DNA of 49,754 nt from Octopus bimaculoides (Eukaryota), in NCBI RefSeq assembly GCF_001194135.2, contig NC_069000.1:41114870-41164623 (forward strand), read 5' to 3'. Made by a program: the position numbers and the translations under genes. Below are positions 1-13,279 of this stretch, piece by piece. Under the pieces are notes generated by a model, which saw only the letters and a list, made by a program, of their open reading frames with translations, had not been told where the DNA came from and made no database searches. The stretch's first letter is position 1, and every line of letters starts with the position of its first letter.

Positions 1-289
1 TGACACAAATTGCTGGTGCTCAGCGCGTAACTCTTTACATAAGCTTTCGTCAGATTCGAATATTTTCAGCATTTTCCTTCCTCAAAGAAAAAAGATGAGG
101 TAAGTCTGAGCAAATGTGTTATGAATTGTTTCTATGTTATTGTTCGTAATCTTTTACTCATTTATTAGTTGCAGTCGTAAAAAGTGTGCCCATGCCGGAA
201 CACAGACTTCGAGAATGTAATCGTTCTTATTGATCCCAGTTAATTATTACAGACATCGGTTTCTAGACCAGTGTGAAGAAAATAGTAAG

Positions 290-320
<31 letters not shown>

Positions 321-699
321 TGTATGTATGTATGTATGTATGTATGTATGTTTGAATGTATGCATGTATGTATGATATTGACCTTCACCACAAGACTGGA
401 AAAATATCAGAAATATACAGGATTGAACTCATCTCAGAAAAGAGCAGGATCCTGGTTAATAGTAACAGCTAAAATACAGCAGCCAGAATCATGTTGAACG
501 GAGAGAGACATCACAAAGTGGACACATTCAAGTGCCAAAAACTCATTTCGACGAAGCAGGGGAGATCTCAAAATAAGATGANNNNNNNNNNAAGTGGACA
601 CATTCAAGTGCCAAAAACTCATTTCGACGAAGCAGGGGAGATCTCAAAATAAGATGAGAACAAAACTCAATTTGGCCTCTGCTGCCATGACGAAGTTCA

Positions 700-703
<4 letters not shown>
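1..703. repeat. Left outer arm of inverted duplication (pairs with about 10270-11051)
   Basis: Position 1 onward is the reverse complement of 11051 backward, with few substitutions or indels up to 581. Confidence 0.9.
95..99 (+). CDS. Gene A coding exon 1 (ATG AG), secreted peroxidase-like paralog
   Basis: ctcaaagaaaaaagATGAG|gtaagt; the same ATGAG|gtaagt layout occurs at 10953-10957 and 26891-26895 (both minus); joins in frame (AG|G) to the exon at 4250. Confidence 0.75.
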
Positions 704-738
<35 letters not shown>

Positions 739-1039
739 GAGAGAGAGTGTTAAGTGTGATGTACAGAAATTGAAAAACGAACGAAAGCGCTAATAATTAT
801 TTGTTTCTTTATTGCCCAAAGGGGGCTAAACATAGAGGAGACAAAAAAAGACAGACATAGGGATAAAGTCGATTACATCGACCACAGTGCGTAACTGGTA
901 CTTATTTAATCCGAAAGGATGAAAGGCAAAGTCAACCTCGGTGGAATTTGAACTCAGAATGTAACGTCACTTGTCACTGACGTAAAATACACTATCAGTA
1001 CTGTTCTGAACTCATCTACAGAATTCATATTTTTTCCAT

Positions 1040-1717
1040 CTAATGATTTGGAAAACTGAGGAATAAATGATAATCAGATTGGGCAATGTCCAACGAATAT
1101 GGTAGGTTGGGCATCGCTTCCCATTCAAACTGCTCCAGCCTTTGGAATGTCATCCGCTTTGTATGAGGCCAAGTATTATCCCGATGGAAGAACAACTTTA
1201 GTCTTAAAACCAAAGATGGTCGTTTTTCTTGTAGCGCTAACTTAATCCGCTCAAATGGCTTGCAGTAGATCTCATTTGCTATCGCTTGGTTTCGGTTTAA
1301 AAGTTCAAAGGGAACTAAATCTTTCATATCCCACCAAACAGATAATAACAACTTACGTGGGTGAAGACCTTCTTCAGCCTGGGGTGCCAGTGTTTCTCCT
1401 TTCCCAACACACTGTCTTCGGCGCTTGACATTTTTATAGAGAACACATTTCTCGTCACCGGTTACTATTCGGTCGAAAAAAATTCGTTCGTGACATGTGA
1501 CAGCAAAGAAGAGCACATATTCACTCTCTGCTCGCGATTAGACTCAGAAAGTTTGTGAGGAACTCATTGACCCAACTTGTTCCACCAGGGTTTGCAGGAC
1601 GTCCTCGTCAAGCTCTCCAGATCTTCCAGGGCGAGGCTGTATTTTCCGGCTCGGAATTTCTGCAACCACCGTTGACATTGTCCAACGCTTATTGTCCAAT
1701 CCCCATATAATGCATTA
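1040..1717 (-). mobile_element. Mariner (DD34D) transposase remnant
   Basis: IVTGDEKCV, LLSVWWD, HRDNTWPH and YSLDIAQSDYHLF are degenerate mariner motifs. Confidence 0.9.
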
Positions 1718-2082
1718 NNNNNNNNNNNNNNNNNNNNNNNNNNNNNNNNNNNNNNNNNNNNNNNNNNNNNNNNNNNNNNNNNNNNNNNNNNNNNNNNNNN
1801 NNNNNNNNNNNNNNNNNNNNNNNNNNNNNNNNNNNNNNNNNNNNNNNNNNNNNNNNNNNNNNNNNNNNNNNNNNNNNNNNNNNNNNNNNNNNNNNNNNNN
1901 NNNNNNNNNNNNNNNNNNNNNNNNNNNNNNNNNNNNNNNNNNNNNNNNNNNNNNNNNNNNNNNNNNNNNNNNNNNNNNNNNNNNNNNNNNNNNNNNNNNN
2001 NNNNNNNNNNNNNNNNNNNNNNNNNNNNNNNNNNNNNNNNNNNNNNNNNNNNNNNNNNNNNNNNNNNNNNNNNNNNNNNNNN

Positions 2083-2138
<56 letters not shown>

Positions 2139-3719
2139 TGTGTGTTCGTATAATTGCATAACAAAAAAATGAAATGATAAGTGCTCAGAATTGTAATCAC
2201 TTTATTTTGAGAAGTAATACATTTGTAACGTTGGATTTGAAGCATGAACGGTGAATCATTGTTCGTCAATTTTGCTGAATTTAAATATTTCTGTGTATTT
2301 TACATAGACATAGAAAGACCAAGATATATCGCTCTCTCACACCACAGTACTTTTATTTACATTACCATACATTTTACAATATACTTACATTTATCTGTCC
2401 CCCTTTTATAAACTCAATTTATCGCACAAAATCACGTAGACAGAAACACACTTTCATCAGACTTAAATTCTTTGCTTATTTCTTGCATAACTCAACGGTC
2501 TTCTTCCAGCAATGCTTTGCAGTATCTTAATCTCCTAAATCGCCCTCAATCCCTATTTGTAAGTCACCTAAGATCTTATCACCCTTTATTATCCAGGTGG
2601 TTGTGAGGCTTACTAAAAATAACAGCTAATTAAGATTTTTGGGATGAATCTTTGAAATGAACATGAACATTTATTTATATGAAAGAAAATTACTGAAGAA
2701 CTTTCACTAATTCTTCCAAATCTTTCTACTAATAATTGTAATGCGTTTATCGTAGATCGTGTTTTGTTTATCGCATTTGCCCTAAATGTATATTGAATGC
2801 TTAAATGTTTGTTTGTTCCTTTCTTTTTGTCATTGGGCACTGAGGTGGTTGTGAGGTGTTCTAAAAATAACTAAGAGTTTTTGGAAAATATTTTAAATTA
2901 ATTTAACACATTCACCGGTACAATTTCCACTTATTCCTTATTTTTATTTTCCTAAAATTTTCGTTGCGTCTTGCAACCTTTTCAATAGTCTTGACTGTCT
3001 TTACTGGTGAGTGTGTTAAATTATAAGGCACAAAAAGAAAATGACTCTCCCCAGACACAACAGAATATGCTTTAACACACGAACTCACATAAAGAATCTT
3101 GCAAACCAAATCCAAAAACGAAATATTTTAAATTAATATAAACATGAAATAAAAGTACCAGAGACCTTTCATGTAAATTCTTTCAAATCTTTCTGTTAAA
3201 AATTGTAATGTGTTTATCGCATGTAACATGTTGTTTATTGCATGAAACACTGGTGGTTGTTAGATGTGCTAAAAATAGCAGCTAAGTAAGATTTATTTAC
3301 ATGAAAGAAAATTACTAGAGACATAACACGTGTTATTTACAAATATTGACAACACTTGTTATTTTCAGGATGTTGACGATAACATGTGCAGTCACGCACA
3401 GAATGACAGCTTCTAAATCCTGTTTCCTGCCTGGGTGAAAATAATCAAACTTTAAACCTGGTTGTACTGTTCAGGTTGTACACGATGTTCTACATGTAAT
3501 ATGCAGTAGTGACACACGGTCAAGAGTTGTGTCGTATCGCTGCGCCTCTACGTAATATTCTTTTGTACTATAAGAGCAAGGCATGACATTTTTGTGGGAG
3601 TGGGTAGTCAATGACATCGACAAAATATGCACCAAGTTGATTACATCGAATTGGTACGTATTTTATCAACCGCGAAAAGTTGCAAGGTAAAACCAATATC
3701 AATATCGGTGGCACAAGGC

Positions 3720-4160
3720 TAACAGTTTCTAGTGGACAGGTGGTGGTGGAGGTTGGGGTGGTAAGCCGATTACATCGACCTCAATGTACTTGTATTTATT
3801 AGTATATCTACCCCGGAAGGAAGTAAGGCAAAGTCGACCTCGGCGGAATTTAAACTTAGAACATTCAGAGGCGAACGAAACGCCGCTAAACATTTTGCCC
3901 TTCTTTTTAACGTCTCTTTCAATTCGCCGCCTGATCTCAATGTAATATTGGTTTGAAAATTTTGGTACAAGATCAGCAATTTCGGAGAGAGGGAAAAACG
4001 ATTATATCGACCCCAGTGCTTAACTGATGGTTATTTCATCGACCCCTAAAAGATGAAAGGCAAAGTCGATTTCGGCGGAATTAGAAGTCAGAACGTGAAG
4101 ACGGACGGAGATGCTGCTGAACATTTCGCCCTGCAATTCTGCTAGCTCGCAGCCTTATCT
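3720..4160 (-). mobile_element. Two tandem SINEs of the dominant family (other copies about 800-965, 7650-8370, 18310-18535, 20812-21130, 22200-22410, 22860-23040, 34970-35175, 42755-42945)
   Basis: Recurrent core ggcaaagtcgacctcggcggaatttgaactcagaa and gtcgattacatcgacc. Confidence 0.85.
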
Positions 4161-4249
4161 CAATGTAATATTAACATCGATAAATTCTTCGTTGTTTGTC
4201 GCGCGTATTTGTATTACAGCTTATTTTTCTTCCTTACTTTCTCCCCCAG

Positions 4250-4296
4250 GATGTTTGTTGCATTGCTATTGACTGCTCTAGCTGTCATTCTTCAAG
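4250..4296 (+). CDS. Gene A exon 2, signal peptide (R)MFVALLLTALAVILQ
   Basis: Polypyrimidine acceptor ctttctcccccag| and donor CAAG|gtaagt; 47 nt, hydrophobic; homologous to gene C exon 23404-23450. Confidence 0.85.
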
Positions 4297-4834
4297 GTAA
4301 GTATTTTTCAATTAATTAAAACTTCAGTCTTAGAGACATTTGGCTCGCATTTCACAATGTTTTTTTAATCGGTATTTTTATTCTGTAACTAATGTTTATA
4401 TGATGCCGAATTGATAGACTTTTGATCTCACAGCCGCAAAATTTGCTGTCGTTTGGAGAGAGAACGAAGTAGAAAGAAAAAGAAAATAAAGTACCATGGA
4501 AGCATACATATCGAACAAGAGACTATTGTGTAGTATATTAGGTCAACAAATTGAAACTGGTTAAACACTACCATTCGAAATACTGTGTATGAGTTTTCTA
4601 CAGATCATCAGATTATTTTCAGTAGAATTTATGGTATCGCGTTTGTCATATGGATTAATATTTCCAAGGCAGAAAAAATAATTGAATAATATATATATTT
4701 TCCAGAAAAATTAATTAAAAAAATATTTTTCTTTTACAGAAATGTTTATACTCATTATACAAAACACCAGTAATAAAATAATAATGTCTATACATTTTTT
4801 TTCTTTCATTCGTTCATTTCGACTGGTATTGCAG

Positions 4835-4850
4835 ATTGCCGTGCAGACGA
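4835..4850 (+). CDS. Gene A exon 3, 16-nt microexon (D)CRAD, signal-peptide cleavage region
   Basis: tcatttcgactggtattgcag|ATTGCCGTGCAGACGA|gtaagt; acceptor context identical to gene C exon 22581-22596; same length and phases (1 to 2). Confidence 0.8.
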
Positions 4851-5444
4851 GTAAGTAGATTATGTCAATACATTCATATCAAGGGTTTTGTATGTGTCTA
4901 TAAGGGATACTAATTTATTAATATCATACAGCTATACGCTTGTATAACGACAATGTTTTGTGGATAGTGGGGTACAAATAGATACGTCCATTGTATTAAA
5001 GAAAAAAACCACGGTAATTTCGGGGATAAAAGGTTTTCATAATATCAGGACCGACCTTGCACTTTTCTTAAAAGATTCATGATTGAAACTCTTTTGTTCA
5101 TATCTTTTATCAAAGGTTGTCAATAAGCAAATTGAGGTACCTTTCAAAAGCCTTAAAGGATACTTTGGGTTTATTTCATAATATTTTTGAGAGATACTCG
5201 GATATTTATGGGATTTAAGTTCAAAACTGGTTCTGTATAGGTTTCTGATGCGAGAATTGCAGGAAAAGTGTGGTCGAGATTATTATCTTCAGTTTCGGGT
5301 CTCCCGTAGTAAATATCTTAAATGTATGTGCAAGTGTGTGTGTGNNNNNNNNNNNNNNNNNNNNNNNNNNNNNNNNNNNNNNNNNNNNNNNNNNNNNNNN
5401 NNNNNNNNNNNNNNNNNNNNNNNNNNNNNNNNNNNNNNNNNNNN

Positions 5445-5483
<39 letters not shown>

Positions 5484-5837
5484 TTCACATATATTACTAC
5501 GGCACTCCGTCGGTTACGACGACAAGGTTCCCGTTGATACGATCAACGGAACAGGCTGCTCGTGAAAATAACGTGCTGGTGGCTGAGCATTCCACAGATA
5601 CGTGTACTCTTAACGTAGTTCTCGAGGAGATTCAGTGTGACACAGAGTGTGACAAGGCTGTCCCTTTGAAATACAGGTACAACAGAAAGAGGAAGAACGA
5701 GTGAGAGAAATTTGTGGTGAAAGAGTACAGCAGGGATCAACACCACCCCCTGCCGGAGCCTCGTGGAGCTTATAGGTGTTTTTGCTCAATAAACACTCAC
5801 AACGCCACTGGGCCATTGCGCCCCCCACACACACACA

Positions 5838-5904
<67 letters not shown>

Positions 5905-7517
5905 ATACAAACACACTGATATCTATTTGTAGTATGTATGTATATATGTAAGTACGTACATACGTACGTACGTATTTATGTATGTAAGCATGTACGTATG
6001 TATAAAGAAATTACAAAATTTTCTCACTTACGAAAAGTCAGAGATGTCAAATATCGTTTAAAGGGTGATGCCTCACTGCCTGCACGTGGCTCATCAGCAT
6101 TGTTACAGTAACCACTGACATTATAACATGTTGGTAATGGACTACAAACTGGTGGAGGACAATGACTACAGAAAAATAGAGAAAAAATTAAATGGAAAGG
6201 TAAGCTAAATTTCCATCTTTGTGTATAATTTTTATATATTTATGATACATTCTTATTATTTTCAATATTTCTTTATGCAAGTATTTTCAGTATACAAATA
6301 ACAACTAAATAACTAAACTGTGCAAGCCTAAATGTGCAGTGTAGTTCTCAAAAATAATTTGTTAACGCGTGTATCTCTCAGTCAATAACTCACACACAAA
6401 CACAGACACACACGAACNNNNNNNNNNNNNNNNNNNNNNNNNNNNNNNNNNNNNNNNNNNNNNNNNNNNNNNNNNNNNNNNNNNNNNNNNNNNNNNNNNN
6501 NNNNNNNNNNNNNNNNNNNNNNNNNNNNNNNNNNNNNNNNNNNNNNNNNNNNNNNNNNNNNNNNNNNNNNNNNNNNNNNNNNNNNNNNNNNNNNNNNNNN
6601 NNNNNNNNNNNNNNNNNNNNNNNNNNNNNNNNNNNNNNNNNNNNNNNNNNNNNNNNNNNNNNNNNNNNNNNNNNNNNNNNNNNNNNNNNNNNNNNNNNNN
6701 NNNNNNNNNNNNNNNNNNNNNNNNNNNNNNNNNNNNNNNNNNNNNNNNNNNNNNNNNNNNNNNNNNNNNNNNNNNNNNNNNNNNNNNNNNNNNNNNNNNN
6801 NNNNNNNNNNNNNNNNNNNNNNNNNNNNNNNNNNNNNNNNNNNNNNNNNNNNNNNNNNNNNNNNNNNNNNNNNNNNNNNNNNNNNNNNNNNNNNNNNNNN
6901 NNNNNNNNNNNNNNNNNNNNNNNNNNNNNNNNNNNNNNNNNNNNNNNNNNNNNNNNNNNNNNNNNNNNNNNNNNNNNNNNNNNNNNNNNNNNNNNNNNNN
7001 NNNNNNNNNNNNNNNNNNNNNNNNNNNNNNNNNNNNNNNNNNNNNNNNNNNNNNNNNNNNNNNNNNNNNNNNNNNNNNNNNNNNNNNNNNNNNNNNNNNN
7101 NNNNNNNNNNNNNNNNNNNNNNNNNNNNNNNNNNNNNNNNNNNNNNNNNNNNNNNNNNNNNNNNNNNNNNNNNNNNNNNNNNNNNNNNNNNNNNNNNNNN
7201 NNNNNNNNNNNNNNNNNNNNNNNNNNNNNNNNNNNNNNNNNNNNNNNNNNNNNNNNNNNNNNNNNNNNNNNNNNNNNNNNNNNNNNNNNNNNNNNNNNNN
7301 NNNNNNNNNNNNNNNNNNNNNNNNNNNNNNNNNNNNNNNNNNNNNNNNNNNNNNNNNNNNNNNNNNNNNNNNNNNNNNNNNNNNNNNNNNNNNNNNNTAT
7401 CAATTCGGCATCATATAAACATTAGTTACAGAATAAAAATATCGATTAAAAAAACATTGTGAAATGCGAGCCAAATGTCTCTAAGACTGAAGTTTTAATT
7501 AATTGAAAAATATTTAC

Positions 7518-7564
7518 CTTGAAGAATGACAGCTAGAGCAGTCAATAGGAATGCAACAAACATC
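7518..7564 (-). CDS. Gene B exon 2, signal peptide (R)MFVAFLLTALAVILQ
   Basis: Inverted near-copy of 4250-4296 with one coding change (TTG to TTC, Leu to Phe) and donor gtaaat. Confidence 0.75.
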
Positions 7565-8379
7565 CTGGGGGAGAAAGTAAGGAAGAAAAATAAGCTGTAA
7601 TACAAATACGCGCGACAAACAACGAAGAATTTATCGATGTTAATATTACATTGAGATAAGGCTGCGAGCTAGCAGAATTGCAGGGCGAAATGCTCAGCAG
7701 CATTTCCGTCCGTCTTCACGTTCTGACTTCTAATTCCGCCGAAATCGACTTTGCCCTTCATCCTTTAGGGGTCGATGAAATAACCATCAGTTAAGCACTG
7801 GGGTCGATATAATCGTTTTTCCCACTCTCCGAAATTGCTGATATTGTACCAAAATTTTCAAACCATTATTACATTGAGATCAGGCGGCGAATTGAAAGAG
7901 ACGTTAAGAAGAAGGGCAAAATGTTTAGCGTTGTTTCGTTCGTCTCTGAATGTTCTAAGTTTAAATTCCGCTGAGGTCGACTTTGCCTTACTTCCTTCCG
8001 GGGTAGATATACTAATAAATACAAGTTGTACATTGAGGTCGATGTAATCGACTTACCACCACTCTAGAAATTGCTAGCCTTGTGCCAAAATTTGAAGCTA
8101 ATATTATATAGAGGTAAAAGGCAGCGAGGTGGCAGAATGATTAGCACGCCGGACAAAATTCTTATCAACATTTCGTCCGTCTGAACTTTCTGCTATTAAT
8201 TTACGCCGAGGTTGATTTGCAATTAATCCTGTAGAACACTGTTGTTTGTCGTAATCGACTTACTTCCTCATTCACAGTTGCTGGTGATGAGTGAAAATTT
8301 GAAACCAATTTGAAATCATAGAGGCGCTAAATCGCCGAGCTGGCAGAATGGTTAGCGGAATTTTGTCTTTACGTACCCA

Positions 8380-8590
8380 GTGCCACCGATATCGACAAGG
8401 GAACTGGCAGAGAAAATGGAATGCTCCTACACCGCTATAGAGAAGCATCTCCACTTGATGGGAAAGGTTCAGATGTATGGAGCATGGGTTCCGCATTCTT
8501 TAAGTGACTACAACAAAAATCAACGAGCCATAATCTCTGCTGGTTTGCTTGCTCGTCACCGCTCAACTCATGGTCACAAGCAACGATTTT
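8380..8590 (+). mobile_element. Mariner transposase N-terminal remnant
   Basis: STRELAEKM...GAWVPHSLS (WVPHEL motif). Confidence 0.8.
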
Positions 8591-9185
8591 GGTCTGCTAG
8601 AGGGCGACCCCACCTTAGCTGTCAGCCAATATCTTATTTTAAGTTTTCCTTTACCAAACCTCATGAGTTTATGACTATACCAACCATGATTTCTGTCTGC
8701 TCTCTCACCCCTACCCCTAACAGATAATGCTCTTTATTCTCTTAAGCATTAGATATACAAGGTTTGATGTGATAGTCTATAAATCTAAACTATAAAAAAA
8801 ACAAATAAAATCAGTGACAGGCAGAGTCTTCTTTGACATTTTATTTATTAGCTTCCATGGTGTGGCTAAAGCAAGATGTTCTCTGTCTGTTTCCTTAACT
8901 TCTTGGGCATTTTAGGTATTATTAAACTAATGTGTCCATCTGATCTAATTTAATTAAATTCTATGTTTGTGCAGCTGAGGATTGCTCAGCATTTTAAAAT
9001 TGATGTAATAATTACATTGTTCAATTAAATAGAGTTGCATGAAACGAGCGTACTGCATTACCTCTGGGTATTCTTGTTGCTTATTTTGATTTTAATCACC
9101 TTATTTTGAAATTGTATGGATAATACCGTACTAAATTTTGGTGCCTAAACTTAAGCACCATATTCACCTATATCTAAATTTTTTG

Positions 9186-9228
<43 letters not shown>

Positions 9229-9849
9229 GGTAAAAGGTGAAAACCCCCATTCGGTTATGAATGACCATGGGATTGTACCTAGAAAGATACCCTCTGAGAG
9301 ACAAGTCCGGGCAAGGTTGTTTATGGAAAAGCAACAGTCCCCAAGCATACCAGCCTCCCCTCTCCACTCCAACAATGTTATCCAAGGCCATATTCTCATA
9401 TTGTTAGTATACATCTGATGAAATAACCTGCTAACCTATACTATTCCAGACTGAAGCAAACGCCAGTAACAGCATGTTGAACACCCCCTACTAAACACTG
9501 TTTGCAAGACAGTCGGGGTGTTTGGAAGCTTGCTATGCAATAAAGTTCTCTTTCTCGCGGGCACAAGAGGTCAGGTAAAGCAAGATTACTGGCAACCTCA
9601 TGATGATTCTTTTTATTTTCTTACAGCAGGGACATCATCTACACTCACTAGGTTTGTGGAGGTTTTGAGGTAGTTCAGGAAGAAATTTTGTTGCAAAAGT
9701 TCGAAGCCCCTACCACATGACAATGCATCAGTCTACATTTCCATCCTAATCAACTACTCGGCAGAGAAGGGCATCAAAACATCCCTCATCCTTTGAAAAA
9801 CCACTCAAAACGCTTTTTGTAGTCTGCCGACGCCACTGGCCTTTGATTT

Positions 9850-10420
9850 GTATCATGATTAGCAAGATCGCGGTTTTGTACTTGTCCAATCCTTTTACCT
9901 GTTTGTCCAATCCTTTTCTCTGTTTGCCTCTCTTTCTGCCATTTTTAACTCAGGCCTGAAGGTTGGGTTTGGACAGGGAGTTGTGGTGGAATATCTGACC
10001 GTACCAGGCAAGCTTTCGTCTTTTTACCTGCTCAGTGAGTGATTATTGTTTACCAGCGCGTTTGTTGACTTGTTGGCTGAGGCAGCTGCTCGTTTTGTGT
10101 TTTGTGTATGCGATGCCTATTAGTCTCTTGTTGCACTTGTACTCAAATGCCTGGATTCTTCGTTCAATATCAGCTGGAAGAGTTCACCTTTTACACCCAT
10201 ACAGAACTCACCAGAGACTTGTACATTTTATGTCTCGTTCGAAAACTAATAGAGTTGCCTTTCCGTATGGTGTTGAGCTTCATCATGGCAGCAGAGAGCA
10301 AATTGAGTTTTGTTCTCATCTTATTTTGAGATCTCCCCTGCTTCGTCGAAATGAGTTTTTGGCACTTGAATGTGTCCACTTTGTGATGTCTCTCTCCGTT
10401 CAACATGATTCTGGCTGCTG
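9850..10420 (-). mobile_element. RTE-type LINE 3' remnant (partial inverted copy at about 500-700)
   Basis: KLNTIRKGNSISFRTRHKMYKSLVSSV resembles the RTE post-RT region; many stop codons. Confidence 0.65.
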
Positions 10421-10565
10421 TATTTTAGCTGTTACTATTAACCAGGATCCTGCTCTTTTCTGAGATGAGTTCAATTCTGTATATTTCTGATATTTTTTTC
10501 AGTCTTGTGGTGAAGGTCAATATCATACATACATGCATACATTCAAACATACATACATACATACA

Positions 10566-10596
<31 letters not shown>

Positions 10597-10952
10597 CTTA
10601 CTATTTTCTTCACACTGGTCTAGAAACCGATGTCTGNNNNNNNNNNNNNNNNNNNNNNNNNNNNNNNNNNNNNNNNNNNNNNNNNNNNNNNNNNNNNNNN
10701 NNNNNNNNNNNNNNNNNNNNNNNNNNNNNNNNNNNNNNNNNNNNNNNNNNNNNNNNNNNNNNNNNNNNNNNNNNNNNNNNNNNNNNNNNNNNNNNNNNNN
10801 NNNNNNNNNNNNNNNNNNNNNNNNNGAACGATTACATTCTCGAAGTCTGTGTTCCGGCATGGGCACACTTTTTACGACTGCAACTAATAAATGAGTAAAA
10901 GATTACGAACAATAACATAGAAACAATTCATAACACATTTGCTCAGACTTAC

Positions 10953-10957
10953 CTCAT
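10953..10957 (-). CDS. Gene B coding exon 1 (ATG AG)
   Basis: Reverse complement reads aaaaaagATGAG|gtaagtctgagc; inverted copy of 95-99; TATA-Inr promoter directly upstream. Confidence 0.75.
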
Positions 10958-11068
10958 CTTTTTTCTTTGAGGAAGGAAAATGCTGAAAATATTCGAATCT
11001 GACGAAAGCTTATGTAAAGAGTTACGCGCTGAGCACCAGCAATTTGTGTCACTGATGATGAGTGAAGT

Positions 11069-11120
11069 ACTAAGACCGTGAGGACTCTCTATATTTATAG
11101 GCATAACAAAACAAAAGTGT
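11069..11120 (-). promoter_or_regulatory. Gene B core promoter: ACACTTTTGT element, TATAAATA, initiator-like TTAGT
   Basis: Minus strand acacttttgt..TATAAATA (11099-11092), 18-nt spacer, TTAGT (11073-11069); identical spacing in the gene C promoter. Confidence 0.65.
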
Positions 11121-12288
11121 ACGACATTTTAATTGTTGCCTTTATGTTCTAACACAATGGAATAACAACAACAACAACTACTACTACTACTACTACTTGC
11201 GCTGCTGCTGTTCCTGCTGCACTACTTCTATTCTCCTTTTCTCCTTCCTCTCTTTTTACATCACTTTTGCATGCGATTTATTCAACATTGTCGGTAACCA
11301 TTTTCTAATTTCTAAAGATTTAAGATAGTGTATTCTTTTTCATTCTTTTCTTGAAAAAAATAACAATGTGAGACTGGTTTTTCAAGGGTTGACTATTCAT
11401 GTTATTATTATTAATTTTAATTCATAAAAACTGCATCGGGTTATTGGGTACAAAAANNNNNNNNNNNNNNNNNNNNNNNNNNNNNNNNNNNNNNNNNNNN
11501 NNNNNNNNNNNNNNNNNNNNNNNNNNNNNNNNNNNNNNNNNNNNNNNNNNNNNNNNNNNNNNNNNNNNNNNNNNNNNNNNNNNNNNNNNNNNNNNNNNNN
11601 NNNNNNNNNNNNNNNNNNNNNNNNNNNNNNNNNNNNNNNNNNNNNNNNNNNNNNNNNNNNNNNNNNNNNNNNNNNNNNNNNNNNNNNNNNNNNNNNNNNN
11701 NNNNNNNNNNNNNNNNNNNNNNNNNNNNNNNNNNNNNNNNNNNNNNNNNNNNNNNNNNNNNNNNNNNNNNNNNNNNNNNNNNNNNNNNNNNNNNNNNNNN
11801 NNNNNNNNNNNNNNNNNNNNNNNNNNNNNNNNNNNNNNNNNNNNNNNNNNNNNNNNNNNNNNNNNNNNNNNNNNNNNNNNNNNNNNNNNNNNNNNNNNNN
11901 NNNNNNNNNNNNNNNNNNNNNNNNNNNNNNNNNNNNNNNNNNNNNNNNNNNNNNNNNNNNNNNNNNNNNNNNNNNNNNNNNNNNNNNNNNNNNNNNNNNN
12001 NNNNNNNNNNNNNNNNNNNNNNNNNNNNNNNNNNNNNNNNNNNNNNNNNNNNNNNNNNNNNNNNNNNNNNNNNNNNNNNNNNNNNNNNNNNNNNNNNNNN
12101 NNNNNNNNNNNNNNNNNNNNNNNNNNNNNNNNNNNNNNNNNNNNNNNNNNNNNNNNNNNNNNNNNNNNNNNNNNNNNNNNNNNNNNNNNNNNNNNNNNNN
12201 NNNNNNNNNNNNNNNNNNNNNNNNNNNNNNNNNNNNNNNNNNNNNNNNNNNNNNNNNNNNNNNNNNNNNNNNNNNNNNNNNNNNNNNA

Positions 12289-12700
12289 AATAAGGTAAAG
12301 GATGACTCGTCCGAGAAAATAACATTCTTCCACTGATCTAGGAACCAATTCTGTAGGTTTTTACTCCGCTATAAACGCTTTGCAACGTTTGTTTTTGAAA
12401 GTAGTGGTTTTCTGATTGCAGCCCTCCCGTGAAATCCAGCTTTGTGCAGCTCCCGGCGAACAGTTTTTGTGGAAACTGGGTTCTCGAAGTGGTCATTAAG
12501 CTCTGCAGTAATTTTGGGAGCTGCACTTTTGTGATCCTTTCTAACAATTCGCGTAAGAGTCCGACAGTTCCTATCTGAAATTTTTGGTTTTCTTCAAGAG
12601 TTTTGTTTCGTCGAGGAGGTTTTTCCCTCTTTCTCAAAAGTTGTCATTGCTTTCGAGATAGTATTTCTTGATACACCAAACATACCCGTTTGCTAAAATT
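12289..12700 (-). mobile_element. Tc1 transposase remnant
   Basis: FGVSRNTISK..KITAELNDHFENPVSTKTVRRELHKAGFHGRAAIRKPLL..VIFSDESSFTL. Confidence 0.9.
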
Positions 12701-12996
12701 GCTGTTTCTTTTCAGTAATCATCAGAAAAAGGTAATTCAAATTCATTAAAATGACACGCGCGCGTGTTCTTGAGTCCTATTCAAAACTGTGTGAATCTGT
12801 GTGCATGTGTGTATGTGGTGTGAGTAATGATTTAAACCATGTAGAGGTGTCGGTGGGGTAGAAAAAGGAGAAAGAATTGGAAGGTAGGAAGCGTGTAGCG
12901 TATATGTGCGTATAGGCACACGCACACACACACACGCATATATAAATATATACAAATGTGTGTGTGTGTGTATATATATATGTGTGTGTATATATA

Positions 12997-13028
<32 letters not shown>

Positions 13029-13125
13029 CATGCACATATACATACATTCATGGATATATATATATATATATATATACACGTAAACGCACACACACACGCA
13101 CACACACACACACACACACACATAA

Positions 13126-13158
<33 letters not shown>

Positions 13159-13279
13159 CACACGCACACACAAGACAGAAGTAAATAGACACCCTTATGA
13201 TCGTTAAAATTTGTTTAAATCTGAAATTATACATTCAAATTATTTATTATTATAATGTGAATATCTAATATTTAGTAGA

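Larger units (their letters stand above)
3710..4416. repeat. Left inner arm of inverted duplication (pairs with about 7399-8090)
   Basis: Reverse-complement match over two tandem SINEs, exon 2 and the start of intron 2; roughly 97-99% identity by eye. Confidence 0.9.

Noticed and set aside
521-651. About 60-bp exact duplication on both sides of a short N run
   Set aside because: Typical overlapping-contig (negative gap) assembly artefact.
6109-6199. Exon-like MDYKLVEDNDYRKIEKKLNGK|gtaagc as gene A exon 4
   Set aside because: No peroxidase motif; phase-2 splicing at the nearest acceptor gives an immediate stop; origin unclear.
12746-13234. Long ORFs of YI/CV/HT repeats here and across the window, and ORFs spanning N runs
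   Set aside because: Translation artefacts of microsatellites and assembly gaps.
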